Source: a virus
Direction: 5' to 3' (one strand)
IMG/VR virus record: IMGVR_UViG_3300023196_002944
Span: 1 to 64,000 of that record
DNA: 64,000 nt
Each line of letters starts with the position of its first letter. Position 1 is the stretch's first letter. The translations under genes were made by a program, and so were the position numbers. Below are positions 8,307 to 17,547 of this stretch, one piece after another. The notes beneath the pieces are model-generated. The model saw only the letters and a list, made by a program, of their open reading frames with translations. It was not told where the DNA came from and searched no databases.

Positions 8307-9932
8307 ATGGCGACTTACGGCGATGCACCGTATGCGGCGTCATCGGTGTCGATTTTCTACAAGATATTGTCGGCTGTTGTAACAGTCGCGTCGAGCCTTT
8401 CGAAGTCTGCGTATAAAATAGCGAGTGCCACCGTTTCAGCGACGGTGGCACTCGTTAAGTCTATTACCAAGATTCTATCTGCCGGCGTGACGGCTGTTGC
8501 TTCGCTGATCAAGACACTCTACGAAGCGCTGTCAGCCACAGTCACGGCGACGGCTTCGTTGTCCAAGACGCTTTTTGAAACCCTATCGGCCGGCGTAACT
8601 GCTACTGCGACGCTTGCCAAAGAAGCGGCGCTTATATTGGTCGCGCCGGTTACATCAACCGCCGCGCTGATCAAGCGGGGCTACAAGATATTGTCGGACG
8701 CTGTTACAACGACGGCCACTACGCAGACGGCACGCACCCTGTTGTTGGCATTGTCTGCTTCGGTGACGGCTGCGGCTGACCTCATTAAGCGGGTCTACAA
8801 AATCCTCACGGACACCGTCGTGACTACGGCGGATACCGCCGCCGTGAAGGCACTTCTGCGGACCTTGAATGCCACGGTGACGGTCGCCACCACGCTGACC
8901 AAGAGTGTCACCAAGCTGCTGGCCTCTTCGGTAACAGCTTCGGCTTCCCTGATCCGGGCTATTGGTCAGACACTCACCGCGTCGGTGACGGCCTCGGCTG
9001 CGCTGATCAAGCGAGTCTATAAGACGCTGTCAGACCTTTTGGTGGCTACGGCTGCGCTCGACGCAGTTAAGGCACTCCTGAAGACCCTGACGGCCACGGT
9101 GACAGCTTCAGCCACCTTGACGCGTCTCGCTAGCTACCTACGCACCCTCAACGCCTCTGTAACAGCCACAGGCACGTTATTGCGGGGACTGTTCATGTCC
9201 CTATCCGCTACGGTGACTGTGGTCGCTACCTTGGACGTAATTGAACAACTGAAGCGTGTGTTGAATGCTTCTGTGGGGGTGACGGCTTCTCTGGCCAAGA
9301 CTGTTTACAAAATACTAACGGGTGCCGTTACCACGGTGGCAACGACTGAGCCGATCAAGGCGTTTTTGCGGGTACTGAACACTTCGGTCACGGCAGCAGC
9401 CTCATTAACCAAGGAAATTGGTAAGGTATTAAATGCCACCACAACCGTGGCAGCGTCGATCAGCAAAGATGTGTTCAAGTTGCTCACTAGCAGCGTGACA
9501 GCCACAGCGACGCTAATCCGACGCCTGTATATGGCCCTCGCTGCCAGCGTGACCAGTACGGCATCGACGATCAAGCAGGTGAGCAAGTTGCTAGCAGCCA
9601 CCGTGGTGACCGCCGCTACTACGGTTGCAGAGAAGTTCATTGCCGTTCTCGTCGTCTTGACAGCCACAGTCAGTACGACAGCTTCACTCGTTGTTGATCG
9701 TGCATTGTTCCTGCTGGCTCAGGTAGGCGTGGCTGGGTCCATGACCCGGCACATCTTCAAGATTCTCACAGCGACGGTCACTTCAACGGCCACCAAGCTG
9801 GCGAAGCGAGTCAGGGATGAATTCGTGGACATGCACCATTCCATCGTCAAACGGTGCGCGGCGCTGATCACCTACGTGCGGCGTCGCCCGGATGATAGTA
9901 TGACGATCATAAAGCGGCGTGGTAATGATTAA
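8307..9932 (+). CDS. Thr/Ala/Val-rich 18/20-aa repeat protein A (541 aa)
   Basis: About 26 repeats such as KILSAVVTVASSLSKSAY; short leader MATYGDAPYA; basic C-terminal motif. Confidence 0.8.
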   Translation: MATYGDAPYAASSVSIFYKILSAVVTVASSLSKSAYKIASATVSATVALVKSITKILSAGVTAVASLIKTLYEALSATVTATASLSKTLFETLSAGVTATATLAKEAALILVAPVTSTAALIKRGYKILSDAVTTTATTQTARTLLLALSASVTAAADLIKRVYKILTDTVVTTADTAAVKALLRTLNATVTVATTLTKSVTKLLASSVTASASLIRAIGQTLTASVTASAALIKRVYKTLSDLLVATAALDAVKALLKTLTATVTASATLTRLASYLRTLNASVTATGTLLRGLFMSLSATVTVVATLDVIEQLKRVLNASVGVTASLAKTVYKILTGAVTTVATTEPIKAFLRVLNTSVTAAASLTKEIGKVLNATTTVAASISKDVFKLLTSSVTATATLIRRLYMALAASVTSTASTIKQVSKLLAATVVTAATTVAEKFIAVLVVLTATVSTTASLVVDRALFLLAQVGVAGSMTRHIFKILTATVTSTATKLAKRVRDEFVDMHHSIVKRCAALITYVRRRPDDSMTIIKRRGND

Positions 9933-11773
9933 TGGCTATTGAAGTTGTTCGACCGTTAGACGCCTTTGGTACCCTGACCAATAAGGCGAATGCCTACGAT
10001 ACCGACACCGGTACGTTTGCCGACGCCACCGACTACAACTCTACAATTTCGTTCGGCGGCGACACCATACTGGAGATCACCAACGACTGGGATACCAAGG
10101 CTCAGACTTGGGATTCTGCCGAAGTAAAGATCGACTGTTCGTGGGACGGCGCGACCGGCAACGATGAAATGGAAATCCTGCTGGTCGATGCAGGTAACGG
10201 GTACGCCACGGTCGCCACACTTGTGGCCAATACGACGACGACATGGGGGCGCACGACCTACTCGGGAACACTGACAACGGCAGCGTTCGGAACCAACTTC
10301 GTAGACTTCGCTGATGCCCGCCTCCGCGTCAACGGCACTAAGATAGCTGGCAAGGACGGTAAATCCCTCAAGGTCTACGATGTCTGGATCGAAGGCACGT
10401 ACTCAAGTGCTACGCCTGTCACTCTGACCGCCACAGCTACGGCGGTTGCCGCCACGCTTTCCAAGAGCGCAAGTAAGGTTCTGAATGATGCCGTCACGGC
10501 AGCGGTGACCTTGGCCAAGTCGGTCACCAAGGTTCTGAACGACTCAGCTACTGTGGCCGTGACATTAATCAAGTCGGTCACCAAAGTTCTGAACGATGCG
10601 GTTACGACCGTAGCGACCACGACACCGACCAAGCAGGTGCTTCAGGTACTGAATGCCACGGTGTCAGGCGCTGTGAGCTTGTCCAAGAGCGTGAGTAAGG
10701 TGTTGACTGATGCTGTGACCACGACAGCCACGACGGGGTTGATTGCATCCTACCTACGCACGCTGACTGCTACAGCCACGACTGCAGCCGCTTCACTGAT
10801 CAAAACTGTTGCCAAGGTGCTATCGGACAGCGCAGCGACGACGGCTACGATAGAGACACTGAAGGTTTTCGGTCAGGTGCTGAACGCTGCAGTGACTGGT
10901 ACGGCAACGCTAGCCAATGCGGTGTTCAAGGTATTGACCAGCAGCGTGACGGTGGGAGTGACCCTACTCAAGTCGGTGACCAAGACGCTTACTGATGGTG
11001 TGACTACGACGGCCACACTTGATGCAATCAAGAGTGTGCTGATTCTGCTGACCGCTACAGCCACAACCGTTGCGGCCACGCTGGCCAAGTCGGTGGGCAA
11101 AGTACTGAATGGTGGGGCCACGGCAACGGCGACTCTGATCAAGTCAGTCAGCAAAGTGCTGACTGATGGCGCAACAGCAACAGCGGTGCTGATCAAGAGC
11201 GCGTGGAAGATTCTGGCTGATAGCGTAGTGACGACAGCCACGACGCAGGCGTTGAAATTTGTCATTCAGGTGCTGAACGCCACGGTGACAGCAGCCGCTA
11301 CAGCTACGAAATTTATAACCAAGAGCCTTGCTGCCGCAGTGACAGCAACGGCGGTATTGCTCAAGCGCATACCGGTGGCGTTGGTGGCTACGGTAACAAC
11401 GACAGCGACCACGCAGGCGCTGAAGTATGTGCTGCTGGTGCTGACAGCGACGGCTACGACAGCCACAGCGACGCTGACCAAGACGGTGAACTGGGTACTT
11501 TCGGCCACGGTGACCGGGGCAGCGACACTCACTAAATCAGTAGGCAAAGTGCTGACGGCCGGCGTGACGTCGATAGCACAAATTATCAAAAAGCGTTTGG
11601 TGGTTCTCAATGCCGTAGTGACGACAGCCGCTACAGGTGTGGCGACTTTCCTTGGCACACTGAGTCAGTTTGTAGACCGATTCCGAACCGTGATTCCACG
11701 AATTGTAAATCGAACCATCATTAAGGATGTGACTAGCGCGATCTCCATCGTGCTGCGCAAAGGCGGTCTCTGA
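9932..11773 (+). CDS. Thr/Ala/Val-rich repeat protein B with ~160-aa N-terminal globular domain (613 aa)
   Basis: Acidic beta-rich N-terminal domain, then ~22 repeats such as KVLNDAVTAAVTLAKSVT; basic C-terminal motif; TAATG coupling. Confidence 0.8.
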   Translation: MAIEVVRPLDAFGTLTNKANAYDTDTGTFADATDYNSTISFGGDTILEITNDWDTKAQTWDSAEVKIDCSWDGATGNDEMEILLVDAGNGYATVATLVANTTTTWGRTTYSGTLTTAAFGTNFVDFADARLRVNGTKIAGKDGKSLKVYDVWIEGTYSSATPVTLTATATAVAATLSKSASKVLNDAVTAAVTLAKSVTKVLNDSATVAVTLIKSVTKVLNDAVTTVATTTPTKQVLQVLNATVSGAVSLSKSVSKVLTDAVTTTATTGLIASYLRTLTATATTAAASLIKTVAKVLSDSAATTATIETLKVFGQVLNAAVTGTATLANAVFKVLTSSVTVGVTLLKSVTKTLTDGVTTTATLDAIKSVLILLTATATTVAATLAKSVGKVLNGGATATATLIKSVSKVLTDGATATAVLIKSAWKILADSVVTTATTQALKFVIQVLNATVTAAATATKFITKSLAAAVTATAVLLKRIPVALVATVTTTATTQALKYVLLVLTATATTATATLTKTVNWVLSATVTGAATLTKSVGKVLTAGVTSIAQIIKKRLVVLNAVVTTAATGVATFLGTLSQFVDRFRTVIPRIVNRTIIKDVTSAISIVLRKGGL

Positions 11774-12510
11774 TGGCGTTCATACATGCTGACTTTGTAC
11801 TTGAAACCACGGTCACTACCGGGACGGGCACCTATGATCTTGATGGGGCCGTAACAGGACATCGCTCATTCGTGGCAGGGATCGGTGGCGGCAACTCTTG
11901 CTACTACGCCGTTGAAGATGCCACAGATTGGGAAGTTGGTATTGGCATGGTGACCGATGCGGCCCCCGATACAATCTCTCGTACCCAAATCATTTCTTCT
12001 AGCAATGCTGATGCGGCCGTTAACTGGGGGGCGGGTACGAAGAATATCTATTGCACGCTGAGTGGCCACCGTTTGCTCACAGCCCCTGCGACGTACCCGG
12101 TAACTGCCGGCGGGCTCTTAGCGTTCGATGGCACGACTCCCTCTCAGGTTATCGACTCAGGCATCACGGCGGACGCTAACGGAAACATTTCGGCGGGGAT
12201 GGCCACTGTAACAATCAGCACCAGTCGCGCGTTGACACAAACAGATAATGGCAAAGTGTGCGTTTGTGACAATGGGGCGGCAATTACACTTACGTTGCCA
12301 CAGCAATCTACTGAGGCTGTTAATGAAGGCTTCGCCTGCCAAATAGTTCGGGCGGGTACAGGCACAGTTACTTTTGCTACGGAGGGCACGGATGTGCTGT
12401 ACATCGTATCGGGGGCTACGCAAATCGCTGCGCAGTTTGTGTCGGTTTCTGTGCACAAGCACTTCGATGCAGCGCAGAGTACATGGGGCATTTACGGTGA
12501 TCTGACATGA
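11773..12510 (+). CDS. Short fibre/adaptor protein, paralog of the 4923 N-terminus
   Basis: ADFVLETTVTTGTGTYDL...DWEVGIG...SSNADAAVNWGAGTK vs KDRVKETTSTTGTGTYTL...DWESGLG...SSNADAAVSWGAGTK; C-terminal WGIYGDL domain. Confidence 0.8.
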   Translation: MAFIHADFVLETTVTTGTGTYDLDGAVTGHRSFVAGIGGGNSCYYAVEDATDWEVGIGMVTDAAPDTISRTQIISSSNADAAVNWGAGTKNIYCTLSGHRLLTAPATYPVTAGGLLAFDGTTPSQVIDSGITADANGNISAGMATVTISTSRALTQTDNGKVCVCDNGAAITLTLPQQSTEAVNEGFACQIVRAGTGTVTFATEGTDVLYIVSGATQIAAQFVSVSVHKHFDAAQSTWGIYGDLT

Positions 12511-15500
12511 CCACTCGGCAGCAGAGTCCTCGCACCGAAAGGGATACAGCGTCTGATGACGTTGGCCTGAATGCAACAAACCACTGCACGTTTATTCGGC
12601 CGGGGGGGCCAGAAAAAGCATTCCGGCTCTACACGCTAGAGCGTGGATGTCTCATGCATAGTTTTGGCAATTTGTCGTTGACAACCAAAGCAGCAAGCAG
12701 CGGCAGTTCAGATAGCAGCATTATACTGTACCAGAGCGCACGTTTGAGTACGGCTTCGCCAGATAAAACAGAACCAGATGACAATTACACCATATTATAT
12801 ATTTACAGTGATTGGAATAACCCAAATCCCTATAAACAGCCTCCATCAGAGCAAGTCCCATGGACTGAAGCTGGCATGTGGGGACGGTGGTATTACGCGA
12901 ATATAGGCATACCTGAGCAGTCCACCACGCAGTACGCGGCAATGCTGATTGGTATCCACCTGATGCAAACTGGCCCGTCAGACAATTACTACGAAGGCGC
13001 ACTGACGAGCGGCCAAATATTTAGTTGGGGCGCATCGAAAAACGCAGGGCGTGATTGTTACATCAACAATGCATTTACCGACACGCAGTTATGGGGGACA
13101 GTCAGCAGAGCGAATTACGATAGCTACGGGCCTAATTGGGCACCAGCGCAACACAGTGTAGTCCCTGGCGGATGTCGGTACATCTACAATGCATCAACGG
13201 CGCGGGTTCTATTTGATGGATACTGGTACCCCGGCTTGACGCGTGCTGATTATTTATGGGGGTTTCAGGTCTACAACGCCAGTGGTGTGCGCTTGCTTGC
13301 GACGCTTGAAGGAGGGCCGCGACACGCTACCGATCTGACCACTAATGGCGGGTTGGTTATGGGGCTTCAGTTAAACTCCAACCAAGGCGAATCCGATTCG
13401 GGGCAATGCCACCTTGCGCGGATTGGGACTACGGACCCAACAGCGTTCAGCCAAGAATATAGGGATAACCTTTACTGCCCTCCCGGCACGGTGATCGATA
13501 ACTTTAAGAACAACCGTACTGGGACGTTAGATGGGCGACACGTCGAATGGATAGATAATCAGGCGCGACAGTATTCCAGCGGGTTATGGGAACTGAAAGG
13601 CGGTGTCTCTCCTACCTACGTGACAGACGCTACGTATGGCGTCGATATGATTCAGTTCAACAGCGACCCGGCGGTCGACTTCATCTGGCTCGATTACGAT
13701 ACAGACATCCACGTGGCTGTGTCCTTCGATCTTGGCGCGGCGGGAACGGGAGAGATCACGTTTATCTTCCGCTACAAAGACAATCAGAATTACGAGTACT
13801 ACTACGTCACTGCTGGTGGCTATTCGTATGGTGAGTACGTGGCGGGGGTTGGGTCTGAAATCACGGCTTCTGGATCACGCACTAATCGGTTCCAAAACAC
13901 AATTAACTTTGTTATCCAAAAAACGCATGGGACGCCTGTAGCGGCGAATATCAACTTATCTTCCGTCTTGTTTAACGGTGATCGTGTTGATCTGGATAGT
14001 GGCGGCACTCCACCGACAGGGATTACGAACGGTATAGGGTTCAGCGCTAATAAAGACGCAAGAGTGTCGTGCGTGAAGATATGCCCTGATGTGGCGCTGC
14101 CTGATGGAATCCCTAACAAGTGGGGACGTGGGTATCTTGCAGGCAAGTCTGAGTACTCCATGATTATAGGCGGCGTTCCAAGTTATAACCCGAGACATTC
14201 TCGCTATGCGATTTTGCGCACAGCGAGTTCAACACAGCGGCATTCTCTTGTTGGCTTGGAAAGTGCACACGGCAATATGCAGTTTTGGTGCAATAACAAC
14301 AGTAGTGGGTTTCCGCTTGCTCAGTACCAAGTAACGTACAAATCGGCTGGATACATTCAACTGGAAGGGCGGCATCATAATGGTACTGGCGGCGGCGGTA
14401 CGCCGCTTTACTTAATGGGGATGTGCGCCGAAGTTGCCGCGACCCGTTTTAGTACAGGAGCAGGCGGATACGCTATTGCCATGAATACCAATGGGTTCCC
14501 GTGGCGTGGAAAGTGGGCCTTAGAGCTTAATCAGCAAGCTGGTTATTTTGGCGACTGGACGTTAAATGGCTACGGCATGTGCAGTTTTGAAAGGGATGAA
14601 CCGTCAGTTGGCCCCCCGCATACAGGAGGGCACGCAGACCTAGATGACGGTTGGGGTACGGTGTATCTCAATTGGCAGGGGGGCAACTACCCGCTCGGAA
14701 ATGTCACTATTGACCAAAAGGTCGCACTGCATCCAAACATTCCTTGCACCAAAGTTATGGTTCGTATTATGCGTACGAGGCACATGAATGATGTAATCGG
14801 TGACGAAAACAGGGTTAAATTTATTCCCGGCACAGATGCTACGTGGGACTTGAGTGGCACACAGTATTTCTTCGGTCCTAAACTTCGATTTACAGGCATC
14901 GATGCTACGTTCCTTCGGTGGAGTTCAAGCAGCCACAACACAACAGACGTCAGTAGCTCGGTAGTGCCACTGTATATAGGCAGCGGTGAGCCTGATGAGA
15001 CTACGGCCTATGATAATAATTGGGCCACGAAGATTTATGGTGCGGGGGCATCAGGGGCTTTTACAAGCAGCACTTACGATCACGCTCGGTGGTACGAAAC
15101 ATTTTCATCTGGTACCGGTTCTATTGATGGTGTCAATTGCAATAGTGGGGAAGCAATCCCATGGACTGTGATCGGCGCACTAGGGGCTAATGCAAGCACA
15201 TTGCAAACCAACGGCCAGTGGAGCTACGGCGGCGGGTCACGCAAGACCCTCGCCTATCTTGATCCCGGCACGACGGAAGTGTCTTGTTTTTTGTGGTCGC
15301 GGGCCTACGCAGCAGCCGAAGTTATGCTGGCTTTTAGAATCGTAGATGGTTCTAATTTCTGGCTTGCTGGGTTCTGGACGGATGAAACGGCGGTTGAGGT
15401 CGTTCGTTTTGTATCTGATACAGCGACTGTTATGGCGACGCATACGCGGGCGAAGTTCTACGATCCATCAGAAGGGGACGTGCCATTTATTAATATCGCA

Positions 15501-15722
15501 GTGCGCAGTCAGGCAGAAGACATCTTGCTGCAGAACCGTTTCTATACAGATGTCGGGGCTATGACGGCTGATACTACTCACAACACGGCAACGAAGTTTG
15601 GTCTTTACAACCAAAAATCTGGTAACCCAGGCAATTCAATCGTAGAGCGTTTCGCACTTTATGATCTGAGTGACCCAAAATACCTAGAGATGTGGAAGAC
15701 CATGACAGGAGCGGACAGTTGA
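12507..15722 (+). CDS. Large aromatic/Gly-rich putative receptor-binding protein with lectin-like domains (start may be 12654)
   Basis: 1071-aa ORF rich in W/Y/G/N; two similar beta-sandwich-like segments (ITFIFRYKDNQNY / VMLAFRIVDGSNF). Confidence 0.65.
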   Translation: MTTRQQSPRTERDTASDDVGLNATNHCTFIRPGGPEKAFRLYTLERGCLMHSFGNLSLTTKAASSGSSDSSIILYQSARLSTASPDKTEPDDNYTILYIYSDWNNPNPYKQPPSEQVPWTEAGMWGRWYYANIGIPEQSTTQYAAMLIGIHLMQTGPSDNYYEGALTSGQIFSWGASKNAGRDCYINNAFTDTQLWGTVSRANYDSYGPNWAPAQHSVVPGGCRYIYNASTARVLFDGYWYPGLTRADYLWGFQVYNASGVRLLATLEGGPRHATDLTTNGGLVMGLQLNSNQGESDSGQCHLARIGTTDPTAFSQEYRDNLYCPPGTVIDNFKNNRTGTLDGRHVEWIDNQARQYSSGLWELKGGVSPTYVTDATYGVDMIQFNSDPAVDFIWLDYDTDIHVAVSFDLGAAGTGEITFIFRYKDNQNYEYYYVTAGGYSYGEYVAGVGSEITASGSRTNRFQNTINFVIQKTHGTPVAANINLSSVLFNGDRVDLDSGGTPPTGITNGIGFSANKDARVSCVKICPDVALPDGIPNKWGRGYLAGKSEYSMIIGGVPSYNPRHSRYAILRTASSTQRHSLVGLESAHGNMQFWCNNNSSGFPLAQYQVTYKSAGYIQLEGRHHNGTGGGGTPLYLMGMCAEVAATRFSTGAGGYAIAMNTNGFPWRGKWALELNQQAGYFGDWTLNGYGMCSFERDEPSVGPPHTGGHADLDDGWGTVYLNWQGGNYPLGNVTIDQKVALHPNIPCTKVMVRIMRTRHMNDVIGDENRVKFIPGTDATWDLSGTQYFFGPKLRFTGIDATFLRWSSSSHNTTDVSSSVVPLYIGSGEPDETTAYDNNWATKIYGAGASGAFTSSTYDHARWYETFSSGTGSIDGVNCNSGEAIPWTVIGALGANASTLQTNGQWSYGGGSRKTLAYLDPGTTEVSCFLWSRAYAAAEVMLAFRIVDGSNFWLAGFWTDETAVEVVRFVSDTATVMATHTRAKFYDPSEGDVPFINIAVRSQAEDILLQNRFYTDVGAMTADTTHNTATKFGLYNQKSGNPGNSIVERFALYDLSDPKYLEMWKTMTGADS

Positions 15723-16201
15723 TTTCGCGGTACGTACTGACCAAGTGGGAAGTCGTGCTTGCAGGCTCGGATGCCATCCCCACGCGTCGGCCGGCAGTCT
15801 TCGGCCATGCTAAATTAGGCGAGGCGCACATGGATGTGTACACGCCATTTTTTGAAAAGAACATGGAGGTGGGGCACGATGCCTTATTGGTGTTTGTTCG
15901 CGCAGAACAGATTGTGATCGACGCCATTGAAGCGGATACAGCCAAGTGCCTCGTACTGCCCATCGATCACAAGACGCAAAAGTATGACATCAATGCCTCG
16001 CAGCCTGCGAACATCAATCGGGTGAGGTCGTTCCTGAATGCGCGGGGGATTGAAAACCAGCATCTCAGTGAACTTGGCGGGCTCAAAGATGGGCTGTTCG
16101 TCCGCAAGGTGATCGACATCCTTCATGGCTTGAAGGGGGATACAAACAAGATGCCTCACATGAAGCGGTTCTTCGGGGCGTATGCAGGTGAGGATGTCTG
16201 A
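15692..16201 (+). CDS. Hypothetical protein (start possibly TTG at 15719)
   Basis: ORF bridging the 1071-aa gene and repeat protein C; GGAG precedes the TTG at 15719. Confidence 0.6.
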   Translation: MEDHDRSGQLISRYVLTKWEVVLAGSDAIPTRRPAVFGHAKLGEAHMDVYTPFFEKNMEVGHDALLVFVRAEQIVIDAIEADTAKCLVLPIDHKTQKYDINASQPANINRVRSFLNARGIENQHLSELGGLKDGLFVRKVIDILHGLKGDTNKMPHMKRFFGAYAGEDV

Positions 16202-17121
16202 TGCCTGCTCTTGGTCGGTACCCTATCGCCACGGCGCACTTTGCCAAGGAGCCTACTCTTGGCCCCGCCCCTCCAGTGCTTCTCACGCTGAACGCTTTAA
16301 TCGACGTCGGCATCGATCTGTACAAGCTGACGTGGGAGACGCTATCTGCCACGGTGACTACAGCGGCAGACGTCGTGACGTTCAAGTTTGTGTCTGTTGC
16401 GCTGACGGCTGCAGCTACGACTGTTACAGCGGCGCTCTCCCGGTCCTATCTATTGATCAAGTCTGCCGTGGTGACTACAACAGCCACCATGACCAAGATC
16501 GCAGATTTTCTACGGGTGCTTTCAGCGTCAGTCACGACGACAGCGACAGCCTTGAAGCATATTACATTCAATGCCCTCGTCGCCGCAGTGACAGCAGCGG
16601 CTTCGACGGGGGTGGCTCGGACCCTGCTGCTATCACTGACAGCAGTAGCGACAGCTACTGCTGTCCTATTCCGTATGATATCCATGACCTTGGCAGCGGC
16701 AGCAACTGTAGTGTCTACCTTGGTTAAACGCGTGGGCAAGGTTCTGATAGTTACAGTTAGTGCAGCGGCATCTGTCTTCCGGCAGATGTACCGAATACTC
16801 ACGTCTTCGGTTACTGCTACGGCGATTCAGGTGAAGATTGATCTGTTCCGCATCCTGTCAGCTACGGTGAATACCGTGGCCACGTTAGGGAAACCTCTCA
16901 TCACCAAGATTTTCTATACTCCTGTACGGAAGACGGCGACGTTGACTCGCCATATTACCCAATCGCTGTACGCTGCAGTAAGTGCTACTATAACGGGGAC
17001 TTGGGAGTTTATGTCGCCTCACAACCCGAGGTACCGAACCATTGTGAAGCGTTGTGTAGTGGAGACACGTCTGGTAGCGAAGCGTCTTAGGACGATTATT
17101 CGCCCGCGTGGAAATGGGTAA
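16201..17121 (+). CDS. Thr/Ala/Val-rich repeat protein C (306 aa)
   Basis: About 12 repeats such as RILTSSVTATA; leader MPALGRYPIATAHFA; C-terminal RTIVKRC...TIIRPRGNG. Confidence 0.8.
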   Translation: MPALGRYPIATAHFAKEPTLGPAPPVLLTLNALIDVGIDLYKLTWETLSATVTTAADVVTFKFVSVALTAAATTVTAALSRSYLLIKSAVVTTTATMTKIADFLRVLSASVTTTATALKHITFNALVAAVTAAASTGVARTLLLSLTAVATATAVLFRMISMTLAAAATVVSTLVKRVGKVLIVTVSAAASVFRQMYRILTSSVTATAIQVKIDLFRILSATVNTVATLGKPLITKIFYTPVRKTATLTRHITQSLYAAVSATITGTWEFMSPHNPRYRTIVKRCVVETRLVAKRLRTIIRPRGNG

Positions 17122-17126
17122 ATGAT

Positions 17127-17546
17127 ATGCCTGAGAAACTTCTTGAGTTCCTGAACATCAAAGAATGCGCTATGCCGTTCATGCTTGCAGCGAGTACCCA
17201 TACCAATCGACTCAACTTTCCTCGACTCCTAGAACTGGTCATCATCGTCGCATCGTCGGCGTTTGCCTCATACCAGATCATTGAGTATCGGCTTGATAAC
17301 GCAGCGGCAGACATCGTTACGTTGGAAGCGAACTTGCTAACCACCAATGCCAACTTCATTAATCTGGAGCGTACGTTGACTTCTACGAAGCTGGCGATGT
17401 CCGACCGATGGACTGGAGCTGACGAAGCTGATTACCAGTACGCCCACCTCAAAGAACATCATGCCATGATGAAAGAGGTTACGGGAGCCATTGAAAAGAT
17501 GGCTGACCGCATACGAGCGGTAGAGATTAATAACGGAGGCAGGTGA
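17127..17546 (+). CDS. Membrane protein with coiled coil (lysis-associated?)
   Basis: One hydrophobic segment LLELVIIVASSAFASY then heptad-like sequence; directly precedes the endolysin. Confidence 0.55.
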   Translation: MPEKLLEFLNIKECAMPFMLAASTHTNRLNFPRLLELVIIVASSAFASYQIIEYRLDNAAADIVTLEANLLTTNANFINLERTLTSTKLAMSDRWTGADEADYQYAHLKEHHAMMKEVTGAIEKMADRIRAVEINNGGR

Positions 17547-17547
17547 C

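Noticed and set aside
8307-11773. Tail tape-measure protein or membrane protein
   Set aside because: No tail tube or chaperone genes, the head-tail module is podovirus-like, and the repeats show beta-type alternation with regular Lys rather than helical or TM patterns.
12530-12620. Hammerhead ribozyme (CTGATGA and GAAA nearby)
   Set aside because: I could not build the three stems and cleavage triplet in the required order.
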